Shown in pieces: positions 49,433-61,416 of a stretch of 64,000 bases of DNA. Every line of letters starts with the position of its first letter. The stretch's first letter is position 1. Location: assembly GCA_000724175.1 (NCBI GenBank), contig JPGV01000015.1, positions 68,523 to 132,522 on the forward strand. Reading direction: 5' to 3'. Both the position numbers and the translations under genes were made by a program. The notes under the pieces are model-generated. The model made no database searches, was not told the DNA's origin, and saw nothing but the letters and a program-made list of their open reading frames with translations. The DNA is from [Candidatus Thermochlorobacteriaceae] bacterium GBChlB (lineage in GTDB: Bacteria; Bacteroidota; Chlorobiia; Chlorobiales; Thermochlorobacteraceae).

Positions 49433-50875
49433 ATGAAACGCACCAAAATTATTTGCACGCTCGGTCCTGCGGTCAACACGATTGAAAAAATCACCGAGTT
49501 AATCCACGCTGGAATGGACGTGGCGCGACTGAATTTTTCGCACGGCACGCACGCCGACCACCTGCACCGCATCGAGCTCGTCCGAGAAGCTGCGCGCAAA
49601 ACCGGCAAGCCCATTGCGCTCTTGCAAGACTTGCAGGGCCCGAAAATCCGCGTTGGCAATCTCGAAAAAACCGTCTTGCTTAAAACTGGCGAAACGCTCA
49701 CAATTACAACAGAAGATGTTATCGGCACATACAACCGCGTCTCGACAAGCTACAAGGAAATCGTGGGCGATGTGCAGCGCGGCGACCGAATTTTGATGGA
49801 CGATGGATTGCTCGAAGTCAAAGTGTTGGATAAAAATGCAACGGAAGTGATTACAGAGGTGGTTGTGGGCGGCCTGCTCAAATCCCACAAAGGCTTGAAC
49901 CTTCCGGGCGTGAATATGTCTGTGCCGTCGCTCTCCGAGAAAGACATTGAAGACGCGCACTTCGGATTGGATAATGATGTCGATATGATTGCGCTGTCCT
50001 TCGTCCGCTCCGCCAAAGACATTCACCAACTTGCCGACATCATTCGCTCTCGCGGCAAGCGCACATGGATTGTCGCCAAAATCGAGCGACCAGAAGCGAT
50101 TGAAAACATTGATGAAATCATTGCAGCAACCGACGCGGTCATGGTGGCACGGGGCGATTTAGGCGTCGAGATGAAGACCGCTATGGTGCCAGTGCTTCAA
50201 AAAACCATCGTGCATAAATGTAACTATGCCTATAAGCCTGTCATTATTGCGACACAGATGTTAGAATCCATGACCGAAAACCCTCGTCCCACAAGGGCAG
50301 AGGCGAGCGACGTGGCAAACGCTGTCTTTGATGGCACCGATGCGGTGATGCTGTCTGGAGAAACAGCCTCTGGAAAGTATCCGATAGAAACGGTCAAAAT
50401 GATGCGCGAAATTATCCATAATGTCGAATCAGGCGAGGCGATTCACTTGCTGCGCGCAGAGCGCGATGTATTTGTGCCGCAAGAGTCGAGAAAGCCCCAC
50501 GTGCCGGGCGACTTAGGTGAAGCGATTGCAGTCTCCGCCGTCGATGTGGCGAACACCGTTCACGCCAAAGCCATCGTCGTCTTGAGCCACACGGGCGGCA
50601 CGGCAATTAAGGTCTCGAAACAAAAACCGCCAATGCCAATCGTGGTCATCACCGACAATGAAAAAGTGCAACGCTTGATGGGACTGGTTTGGGGCGTTGA
50701 AACCATTTTCACCGAAACGATTCTCTCGACCGACGACAGTTTCCGCACGATTGAAATTAAACTGGCAGAAAAATCGATTACAAAGCCCGGCGACGTGATT
50801 GTCTACACAATGGGCATTCCGATTCTGAAGCATGGCACAACGGACACCATTAAAATCAGCCGCGTCGGCGCATAA
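49433..50875 (+). CDS. pyk: pyruvate kinase
   Basis: 480 aa from the ATG at 49433. Starts MKRTKIICTLGPA and contains MDVARLNFSHG, VMVARGDLGVE and MLSGETA. Confidence 0.93.
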   Translation: MKRTKIICTLGPAVNTIEKITELIHAGMDVARLNFSHGTHADHLHRIELVREAARKTGKPIALLQDLQGPKIRVGNLEKTVLLKTGETLTITTEDVIGTYNRVSTSYKEIVGDVQRGDRILMDDGLLEVKVLDKNATEVITEVVVGGLLKSHKGLNLPGVNMSVPSLSEKDIEDAHFGLDNDVDMIALSFVRSAKDIHQLADIIRSRGKRTWIVAKIERPEAIENIDEIIAATDAVMVARGDLGVEMKTAMVPVLQKTIVHKCNYAYKPVIIATQMLESMTENPRPTRAEASDVANAVFDGTDAVMLSGETASGKYPIETVKMMREIIHNVESGEAIHLLRAERDVFVPQESRKPHVPGDLGEAIAVSAVDVANTVHAKAIVVLSHTGGTAIKVSKQKPPMPIVVITDNEKVQRLMGLVWGVETIFTETILSTDDSFRTIEIKLAEKSITKPGDVIVYTMGIPILKHGTTDTIKISRVGA

Positions 50876-50893
50876 CACAATTTCAAACTATTT

Positions 50894-51604
50894 TTGCTTG
50901 TGGGCGCACTTATTGCACTTTTGATTCTCTTGTGCTGGACGGCGCACTTATTTTATTTGTTGCCAAACGGCGCACTCAGTTGGCAAACGCCGATAAGCTA
51001 TTGCCACATCGCGCTGCAAGGCTATCTCTCGACCGGGCTGTTCATCACGGCGCACGATGCTATGCACGGCAGCGTCAGCAAAACCCGCTGGCTGAACCAC
51101 ACGATGGGCTTCGTTGCGTGCTTTCTCTTTGCAGCGATGTGGTATCCGCAACTTCGGAAAAACCATTACCGTCATCACGCCGAACCCGCCTCTGAAAACG
51201 ACCCAGATTTTTACGTCGGGTCGCAGAACTTCTGGCTTTGGCTCGGCGCCTTTTTGACACGCTATGCCACATGGCAGCAGTTGGTCATTATGGCAACGCT
51301 CTACAATGTGATGGAGCGCGTGTTCCTGATTCCGGAATCGCGGATATGGATGTTCTGGATGATACCATCGTTCTTGGGCGCGTTGCAGTTATTTTACTTC
51401 GGGACATACCGCCCGCACAAGTTGCCGCTCACCGCAGAAATGCTGCCGCACAATGCCCGCACGCTTCGAAAAAATCACGTTTGGGCGATGCTCTCGTGCT
51501 ACTTTTTCGGCTATCATTGGGAACATCATCACTCGCCATCGACGCCGTGGTGGGAACTTTGGAAAGAGAAAGAGAAACTCACGGCGACTAAAAAGGTTGC
51601 ATAA
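50894..51604 (+). CDS. crtW: beta-carotene ketolase (CrtW-type membrane di-iron desaturase family)
   Basis: 236 aa, TTG start. Three His boxes in CrtW arrangement: AHDAMHG, HYRHHAEP..NDPDF, and HWEHHHSPSTPWWEL. Confidence 0.7.
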   Translation: MLVGALIALLILLCWTAHLFYLLPNGALSWQTPISYCHIALQGYLSTGLFITAHDAMHGSVSKTRWLNHTMGFVACFLFAAMWYPQLRKNHYRHHAEPASENDPDFYVGSQNFWLWLGAFLTRYATWQQLVIMATLYNVMERVFLIPESRIWMFWMIPSFLGALQLFYFGTYRPHKLPLTAEMLPHNARTLRKNHVWAMLSCYFFGYHWEHHHSPSTPWWELWKEKEKLTATKKVA

Positions 51605-51664
51605 CGCGCAAAACTCTTTCCTATCTTTCGAAAAAATTTTCTCGAGCAAACGAACTTGCGCGCT

Positions 51665-52225
51665 ATGTCCGACCTATTAGAACCAAGCAAAGGAAAACTG
51701 CTGATTGCCAATGCGCATCTTGAAGACCAAAACTTTCGTCGCAGCGTCGTCTTAATTTGCGAACACGGTGAGAACGGCACGTTTGGCTTAACACTCAATC
51801 GTCAGCTTGAACTGACCGTGAACGAAGTTATTGACGACCTTGACGACTGGAACGCGCCGCTCTACTTGGGCGGACCAGTTCAACCGAACACGATTCACGT
51901 CTTGCACAAACTCGGCGATAAAATTGAAGGCAGCACTGAAATCGTCGAGGGCGTGTTCTGGGGCGGCAATTACGAAGAAATTCGTCGTCTGATTGAGGTA
52001 AGAGCGGCAACGCCCAACGACTTTAAGTTTTTTCTCGGCTATTCCGGCTGGGGCGCTGGACAACTTAGCGACGAAATGCAGGGTGGTTCATGGTATCTGT
52101 CGCAGGCAACGAAAACCGCCGTCTTCGACGACCCGCACGATAAACTTTGGAGCCGCGCGCTGCGCGCCAAAGGCGGTGAATTCGCCATCATCGCCAACTT
52201 TCCCGAAGACCCAAGGCTAAATTGA
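51665..52225 (+). CDS. YqgE/AlgH-family (UPF0301) protein
   Basis: Contains GKLLIANAHLEDQNFRRSVVLICEHGENGTFGLTLNR and GYSGWGAGQL. Confidence 0.8.
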   Translation: MSDLLEPSKGKLLIANAHLEDQNFRRSVVLICEHGENGTFGLTLNRQLELTVNEVIDDLDDWNAPLYLGGPVQPNTIHVLHKLGDKIEGSTEIVEGVFWGGNYEEIRRLIEVRAATPNDFKFFLGYSGWGAGQLSDEMQGGSWYLSQATKTAVFDDPHDKLWSRALRAKGGEFAIIANFPEDPRLN

Positions 52226-52279
52226 CAAACGAACAAATCAAAACACGTTTTTTTGCTTCATTAACTCGTTGAAAAACAA

Positions 52280-54214
52280 ATGTGCGGCATTGCAGGTGTG
52301 ATTAACGGTGGCTCGCCCGACACGCTCAAACAGATGGCGGAACTTCAAGCGCATCGCGGTCCCGACGACTGGGGAATGGAGTGGTTCGCCGAACACAATG
52401 CGGGACTTGCCCACCGCAGGCTCTCCATCATCGACCTCAGCAGCGCGGGACATCAGCCGATGCCAAATAAGCGCGGCAATCGGTGGATTACATTCAACGG
52501 CGAAATTTACAACTACCTCGAGCTTCGCAAAGAACTCGAGGGCAAAGGACATCGATTCGTGTCGCACTCCGATACAGAGGTCATTCTCGCTGCTTACGAC
52601 GAGTGGGGCGCTGCATGTGTGACGCGGTTCAACGGTATGTTCGCCTTCGGCATCTACGATGTGGAAACGCGCGAACTCTTCATCGCTCGAGACCATCTCG
52701 GCATTAAACCGTTTTACTACACCCAGCGCGGCGACCTGTTTGCCTTTGCATCCGAAGCAAAAGCGCTGTTCGAACTCAACGGCATCGACCCCGACCTTGA
52801 CCCCGACGCGGTCTTAAGCTCGCTGCTGCTGCTTTGGGTGCCAGAACCAAAAACAGGATTTAAGAACGTCTGGAAACTTCCAGCAGGACATTACGGCGTG
52901 TTCAAAAACGGTCGATTGACGCTTACAGAGTATTGGGACGTGCCGATTCCCGAAGCGACAACGACGGAAAAAGAATCCGACCTTGTCGAGCGCTTACGCG
53001 AACTTTTAGAACAAGCCGTGCGGCGACAACTGCTTGCCGATGTTCCCGTCGGCGCGTTTTTATCGGGCGGATTAGACTCGTCGGTCATCGTTGCGCTCTC
53101 GCGGAAAATCGCACCGTCTGCCAAGTTCGACACCTACACAATTTGCTTTTCGGAAGCGGATAAAAAAATGGAAGCCATGCCCGACGACGCTTACTACGCG
53201 CGGCGCGTGGCGGAAGCCTGCGGCACAGCGCATCACGAAGTCTTCATTGAGAGCGACATCAACGACCTGCTCGAAAAAATGCTCTGGCATTTGGACGACC
53301 CGATTGCCGACGGCGCGTCGATAAACACGTATCTCATTTCAAAAAGTGCAAAGGAACATGGCACAACGGTGTTGCTCAACGGCATGGGTGGCGACGAAGT
53401 GTTCGGCGGCTATCGAAAACAGTTGGCGGCGATTCTCATTGAACGCTATCAAACAATTCCGACGGCGCTGCGCCGTGGCTTAATTGAACCGTTTGTAACG
53501 GTATTGCCTGTGGCGATTGCCGGAAAAGGTATTCGTCCTGTGCGGTGGGCGAAACGGTTTCTGCGCAGCGCATCGCTCTCGCCGATAGAGTCGTTCATTT
53601 ACGGCTTTATGTATTACACGCCCGATGAACTCGGCGAAATGCTCGCGCCTGCCTTGCTCGAAAAAGACTTCCGCGACCTTTATCCCGTGCGGCGCTATTA
53701 CGAAACCTTAGAGCGCGTCAAGCACCGCTCGCTCACGGAGCAGATGACATATCTCGATACCAAACTGTTTCTCGCGGGCTTGAACTTATGCTACTCCGAT
53801 AAAGCCACGATGGCAGCAGCGGTCGAAGGACGTCCGCCGCTCATTGATAAAGACATTGTGCAGTTCGCTGCGCGCCTGCCTGCGCAGTATAAAATCAACG
53901 GGCAAGAGCAAAAGTATCTGCTCAAAAAAGCAGCAGAAGCCTATCTGCCGAAGGAAATTATTTATCGACCGAAAGCACCATTTGGAACGCCGCTTCGCGC
54001 ATGGATGAACGGACGCTTGGGCGATGCTGTCAAAGAAACATTCGCCGACAACCGCCAAGCGCATCACCGATTTTTCAAAGCGTCGAAAGTCTTGTCAATG
54101 CTTGATGCGCATCGCAAAGGCACATCGGACTACGCGCACGCGCTTTGGGGCGTTTATGCGACGGCGAAATGGATAAATATAAACGCTCATAAAACCTCCG
54201 TTCCAAACCTATGA
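52280..54214 (+). CDS. asnB: asparagine synthase (glutamine-hydrolysing)-family amidotransferase, long form
   Basis: 644 aa. N-terminal nucleophile MCGIAG, Ntn-GAT domain, and PP-loop FLSGGLDSS. Whether it makes asparagine or amidates another substrate cannot be decided from sequence. Confidence 0.8.
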   Translation: MCGIAGVINGGSPDTLKQMAELQAHRGPDDWGMEWFAEHNAGLAHRRLSIIDLSSAGHQPMPNKRGNRWITFNGEIYNYLELRKELEGKGHRFVSHSDTEVILAAYDEWGAACVTRFNGMFAFGIYDVETRELFIARDHLGIKPFYYTQRGDLFAFASEAKALFELNGIDPDLDPDAVLSSLLLLWVPEPKTGFKNVWKLPAGHYGVFKNGRLTLTEYWDVPIPEATTTEKESDLVERLRELLEQAVRRQLLADVPVGAFLSGGLDSSVIVALSRKIAPSAKFDTYTICFSEADKKMEAMPDDAYYARRVAEACGTAHHEVFIESDINDLLEKMLWHLDDPIADGASINTYLISKSAKEHGTTVLLNGMGGDEVFGGYRKQLAAILIERYQTIPTALRRGLIEPFVTVLPVAIAGKGIRPVRWAKRFLRSASLSPIESFIYGFMYYTPDELGEMLAPALLEKDFRDLYPVRRYYETLERVKHRSLTEQMTYLDTKLFLAGLNLCYSDKATMAAAVEGRPPLIDKDIVQFAARLPAQYKINGQEQKYLLKKAAEAYLPKEIIYRPKAPFGTPLRAWMNGRLGDAVKETFADNRQAHHRFFKASKVLSMLDAHRKGTSDYAHALWGVYATAKWININAHKTSVPNL

Positions 54215-55443
54215 CCGAGCCGAATTCGCTTGTAAATACAGGCGTTGAGACGGAGAGCCGCCAAGCGCAACGAGAACATATGCTTCGCGCCATCGAAAAA
54301 ACACAAGCGTATATTTTGCGCAAAGGCTACAAAGGCTACGACCCTTACGACGCCTTGACATCGCCCTTGTTTAAACTCCCGTTTTTGAACACAAATAAAC
54401 TCGTTAGGCTTGGCGCACAGCAGGTTTTGAAACGCCTGCCACTCAACCTTCGCCCGATGCTGTTCGTGCCGAAAGGATACAATCCTGTTACGCTTGGCTT
54501 GTGCGTGCAAGCCTATGTGTATCTCGCAAAAAGTTTGCCCGAACAAAAAGCGTTCTACGAAAAAGAAATCAACCGCTTGATTGTGGAGCTTATCAGGCTG
54601 CAATCGAGCAAGATGCGCTCTGAAAAATATAGCGGCGCGTGTTGGGGATACGATTTCGATTGGGAAGCGCGTTACGCCAAAATTCCTGCTTATGTGCCAA
54701 CGATAGTCGCTACCGGTTTCGTCACCAATGCGCTCTTTGAAGCATACAGTCAATTAGGAAACCAAAGAGCGTTTGAGCTCTGCGAAAGCGCGACGAAGTT
54801 CGTCGTGAATGACTTAAACCGAACTGAGAAAAGCGACGGTCGGTTTTGTTGGTCGTATTCGCCGCGCGATAAACAAATTGTCTTGAACGCAACGATGAAA
54901 GGCGCAAGGCTTTGCGCTCAGGTCGGAAGCGTGAACGGCGAGAAAGAACTACTCAACCTTGCCAAACGAACCATTGAGTTTGTAATGCAGCATCAAGATG
55001 AGCATGGCGCATGGCGATATGCCATTGGCGATACGCGCGCTTTCGTCGATAATTTTCATACGGGCTATGTGCTGGATTGCTTGGACGAGTATCAAACCCT
55101 AAGCGGCGACAAGGGCTTTCAGGAGGGACTGCAAAAGGGCTGGCGATACTATCGAGAGAATTTTTTTGTCAACGACCAAGAGCCGAAGTATTACGATAAA
55201 AGTGTGTATCCAATTGATGCAACGGCATGCGCGCAATCGCTCCTAACGCTCTCACGATTTGGCGACCACAAAACAGCAGAACGAGTGGCCGGCTGGGTTA
55301 TCAAAGAGATGCAACTTCCAAACGGCGCCTTTAAGTATCAGCGCTATGCGCATTACGAGAACCGAATTCCCTATATGCGTTGGTCGACGGCATGGCTCTT
55401 TCTCGGCTTATCGCGGGTGGTGTGGAGCAACATCAGTCGGTAG
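54211..55443 (+). CDS. hypothetical protein, translationally coupled to the asnB-like gene
   Basis: 410 aa. ATGA start/stop overlap with asnB. Repeated helical W/Y-rich segments (GYDPYDAL, ACWGYDFDW, GAWRY, NFHTGY). I suspect a helical alpha/alpha-toroid-type fold, but that is a guess and not a family assignment. Confidence 0.55.
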   Translation: MTEPNSLVNTGVETESRQAQREHMLRAIEKTQAYILRKGYKGYDPYDALTSPLFKLPFLNTNKLVRLGAQQVLKRLPLNLRPMLFVPKGYNPVTLGLCVQAYVYLAKSLPEQKAFYEKEINRLIVELIRLQSSKMRSEKYSGACWGYDFDWEARYAKIPAYVPTIVATGFVTNALFEAYSQLGNQRAFELCESATKFVVNDLNRTEKSDGRFCWSYSPRDKQIVLNATMKGARLCAQVGSVNGEKELLNLAKRTIEFVMQHQDEHGAWRYAIGDTRAFVDNFHTGYVLDCLDEYQTLSGDKGFQEGLQKGWRYYRENFFVNDQEPKYYDKSVYPIDATACAQSLLTLSRFGDHKTAERVAGWVIKEMQLPNGAFKYQRYAHYENRIPYMRWSTAWLFLGLSRVVWSNISR

Positions 55444-55870
55444 GTTGCGGCTTTTGAGGCGCAAAGAGTTCTGAGAGTGCGGAAAAGAGAAACGGCGCCA
55501 GCGAGAGGCCAAACAGAAACCCGGTGAACGCGCGCAGGTAAAAATCAGCGCCATAGACGTTCAAAAACTCCAACAGCCTGTCGACGCCCATCAATGCAAG
55601 CGAAACGAGCAGTCCTGTCAGTAAATCGGTGCGTCTTGACAAGCGTGGCAAAACTGCGCTGCCAAGTCCGATGCCTAAATAAATCGCTGCACACCTTGCG
55701 CAAAGGGCCATCGGATAGCCAAACAAATAAATGCACCGCTCGCCCTGTTGATGACAAACACCGCGAAAAAATCCGTAGAGCAGTGTCTCGCCGTGCGATG
55801 CGGTATACGGCGCAAGCGCAGCGAGCAATAACAAAAGAAGCATAAACGACAACACAGCAAAACGGCTCAT
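55433..55870 (-). CDS. DUF2085-family membrane protein
   Basis: Contains GVCHQQGERC...GYPMALCARCAAIYLG. The ATG is at 55870 (the track TTG is at 55879). Its 3' end overlaps the convergent gene by 11 nt. Confidence 0.7.
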   Translation of the reverse strand: MSRFAVLSFMLLLLLLAALAPYTASHGETLLYGFFRGVCHQQGERCIYLFGYPMALCARCAAIYLGIGLGSAVLPRLSRRTDLLTGLLVSLALMGVDRLLEFLNVYGADFYLRAFTGFLFGLSLAPFLFSALSELFAPQKPQPTD

Positions 55871-55933
55871 CGCAGCCAAAAGGTTGTGCTTGGAAAAGTT
55901 GTAACTTTAGTCAAATCAAATTTAACGCCCTAA

Positions 55934-58686
<2,753 letters not shown>

Positions 58687-59483
58687 GGCCTGAACGGTTA
58701 AGATGACTGTTTTGAGAAAGACGAAGTCGTTTCAAAATGGCGACGCCGAAATCAAGGTCTTCGGGCGTTGTGAGTTTAAGATTGTGATACCCAGTTTCAA
58801 AAATTTTGATGCGCTGTGTCGGGAAAAATTTTTCGATGAGCGCAGCGTCGTCAGTGGCATAGAATTTTTTTTGTCGGGCGAGACGATGTGCGGCGATAAT
58901 CAAATTGGCTGAAAAGCCCTGCGGCGTCTGCACTTGGAGCAGAGAACTGCGGTCGAGCGTGGCGCCGAAAAATCGCGCGTCTGCGCCGATGCACTTGATC
59001 GTGTCTTTTAGTTTCGTGGCGGGAACGCATGCGCCGAATTGCTTAGAGAGCATTGCGATGGCATCAATTTCGCTCGGTTGAATAAACGGACGCGCGCCGT
59101 CGTGAATCAGAACAACGCACTGCTTTTTTTCGCGCGCTGAAAGCGTCTCAAGCTCTTGTGCAAGACGCTCAATGCAATTGTAAATGGAATCCTGTCGCTC
59201 AGCGCCGCCTTCAATGACACAGTTGACTTTTGAAAATCCATAACGCCGAACCAGCCGACGAAGGGTGTCGAGATGTGCCGCGCCTGCTGCAACATACACG
59301 CCTTCAATGGACGAGGCTTGCTCAAACGCGGAAAGCGTGTGGCAGAGAACGGGCTTGCCGCCGAGACGAAGAAGTTGCTTACTAACGCCTGGCGCTAAGT
59401 TCATGCGTTTGCCCAAACCGCCCGCTGCAATGATTGCAAACCCACGCATAAAGTTGAAGCGTTAAACAGAGTTGAGCAACGAG

Positions 59484-60524
59484 TTAGATGATGAGCATGG
59501 CGTCGCCGTAAGCGAGGAAACGATACCCTGATTTCAGGGCTTGCTTGTATGCTTTGATGAGAAACTCGTGTCCAGCAAACGCGCTGGCAACCATCATGAG
59601 CGTCGATTCGGGCTGATGAAAATTCGTGATGAGTCCGTCGACGACTTTGAAGTCGTAAGGCGGAAAAATGAATTTGTCCGTCCAGCCTTCGCCGAACTTG
59701 ATTCTGCCGTCGACCGTCGCGTTGGCTTCTAAGGCGCGGCAAACAGTGGTGCCAACCGCATAAATTTTGCCCGACCGCGCACCCTTGACCTCGTTGATGC
59801 GCTGCGCCGTCGAGTAGGGCAAATTCAAATACTCCGAATCCATTTTGTGTTTTGAGATGTCTTCGACTTCGACGGGGCGGAAGGTGCTCAGTCCGGCGTG
59901 TAGCGTGAGCGAGATAATCTCGACGCCCATGCGTTTGATTTTGGTCAAGAGTTCGGTGGTGAAGTGCAGTCCGGCCGCAGGCGCAGCAACGGCGCCCGGC
60001 ACACGGGCATAGACAGTTTGGTAACGGGATTTGTCTTTGTCGTCCGCCTCGCGCTTGATATAGGGCGGAATCGGCATTAAGCCGATGCGCTCGACTGCTT
60101 GGAAAATATCGATGTCGGAGTTCAGAAATCGAATGGTGCGCCCACGCGAGGTGGTGTTATCGACGACTTCGGCAACCAAATCGTCGGGAAAGTAAATTTT
60201 ATTGCCGACGCGCACTTTGCGCGCTGGCTCGACGAGCACGTCCCAAAGCCCGACTTGCTTGTTTAACTCGCGCAGCAAAAAGACCTCGATTTTGGCGGAC
60301 GTTTTTTCTTTGTGTCCGTAGAGCCGCGCCGGAAAAACCTTCGTGTCGTTGATGACCAGAACATCGCCTTTTTTGAGGTAATTGGTAATGTCAGGAAACT
60401 TAGCATCTTGAATGGTCTTTTGTCGGCGGTCAAGCACCATGAGCTTGCACTTGTCGCGCGGCTCTTTCGGAACAGTGGCAATCGCGGTTTTCGGAAGCGT
60501 GTAGCGAAATTCAGACAGTCGCAT
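59484..60524 (-). CDS. queA: S-adenosylmethionine:tRNA ribosyltransferase-isomerase
   Basis: Starts MRLSEFRYTLP and contains PPYI, YQTVYA, GAVAAPAAGLHF, AVGTTVCRALE and a YRFLAYGDAMLI end. The ATG is at 60524 (the track TTG is at 60530). Confidence 0.92.
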   Translation of the reverse strand: MRLSEFRYTLPKTAIATVPKEPRDKCKLMVLDRRQKTIQDAKFPDITNYLKKGDVLVINDTKVFPARLYGHKEKTSAKIEVFLLRELNKQVGLWDVLVEPARKVRVGNKIYFPDDLVAEVVDNTTSRGRTIRFLNSDIDIFQAVERIGLMPIPPYIKREADDKDKSRYQTVYARVPGAVAAPAAGLHFTTELLTKIKRMGVEIISLTLHAGLSTFRPVEVEDISKHKMDSEYLNLPYSTAQRINEVKGARSGKIYAVGTTVCRALEANATVDGRIKFGEGWTDKFIFPPYDFKVVDGLITNFHQPESTLMMVASAFAGHEFLIKAYKQALKSGYRFLAYGDAMLII

Positions 60525-60839
60525 CTGCAAAGGGTTGAATGGTTGAGAAGCGTTCGAGATAATTGGAAAAGGTGGAAAAAGTAGCCCGCTCGGAACAAGC
60601 GCGGCAAGGCGAAGCTGACTGTAGTAATGGTGAATGTGAAAAGTGGCGTATCGATGCGTTCATCTGGTCGAGACGGATGTTTTCCGTAAAAGGACTGCAA
60701 ATATACTCAAAATCGCTTCGCTTTTGCAAAAGCATTTTGTATATTCGCGCCGTTTTCTTGAAACGCAAATTTTCTATCAACATCAACGCAAACCGCCCCG
60801 CCCAATCATCTCAAAACGGGCAACGGCACGGAGGACAGA

Positions 60840-61310
60840 ATGAACGCCACCTACAAAAGTTGCATGAGCAACCTGCACATCTGTAAAGCCAATTGTTGCA
60901 AAAACGGCGTCTGGGTCGATGCCGAAGAAGCCAAGCGCATTCAAGCCGAAGTGCTGAAACGCGACAGCCTTGCCGACCTGCACGATAAAGTGTTGTGGAG
61001 CGAAGAAGACGAAGACACCGATTACTTCCCAACAGGCAAGGGCGTCGGCACGAACCCGCAATCGCCCGAAGGTCCGTGCATTTTTTTGGGTTCAGATTAC
61101 AAATGTCGCATTTACGAAGTGCGTCCGCATTTTTGCGCGGATTATCCCTTTATGCACCCGCTCGCCGAAAGCACTAAGCCCGTCATGATTGACAATATGT
61201 TTGAGGAAGATAAAAACTGCATTTATCACAAGTTGCTCTCTGCCACGCTCAAAAGCATTGAGGAGGAAAGAGAAGCCGACGCCAAAGAAGCGGCAGCGAA
61301 AACACCGTAA
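60840..61310 (+). CDS. YkgJ-family cysteine-cluster protein
   Basis: 156 aa. Contains CKANCCKNG ... CIFLGSDYKCRIYEVRPHFCADYPF. Confidence 0.75.
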   Translation: MNATYKSCMSNLHICKANCCKNGVWVDAEEAKRIQAEVLKRDSLADLHDKVLWSEEDEDTDYFPTGKGVGTNPQSPEGPCIFLGSDYKCRIYEVRPHFCADYPFMHPLAESTKPVMIDNMFEEDKNCIYHKLLSATLKSIEEEREADAKEAAAKTP

Positions 61311-61416
61311 ACGAGCCAAGTCCCCCAAGCTTATTTGCGAATTTGCTCGCAATTCCTTTTCTTGAAATATGTCGTTTAACGTTTCATTAACACAACAATA
61401 AAACATCGAAGGGATT

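Noticed and set aside
60531-60839. PreQ1 or other riboswitch in the queA/ykgJ divergent intergenic region
   Set aside because: I could not recognise a preQ1-type hairpin and A-rich tail. QueA is also not a usual preQ1-riboswitch target. Ruling it out definitively would need an Rfam scan.
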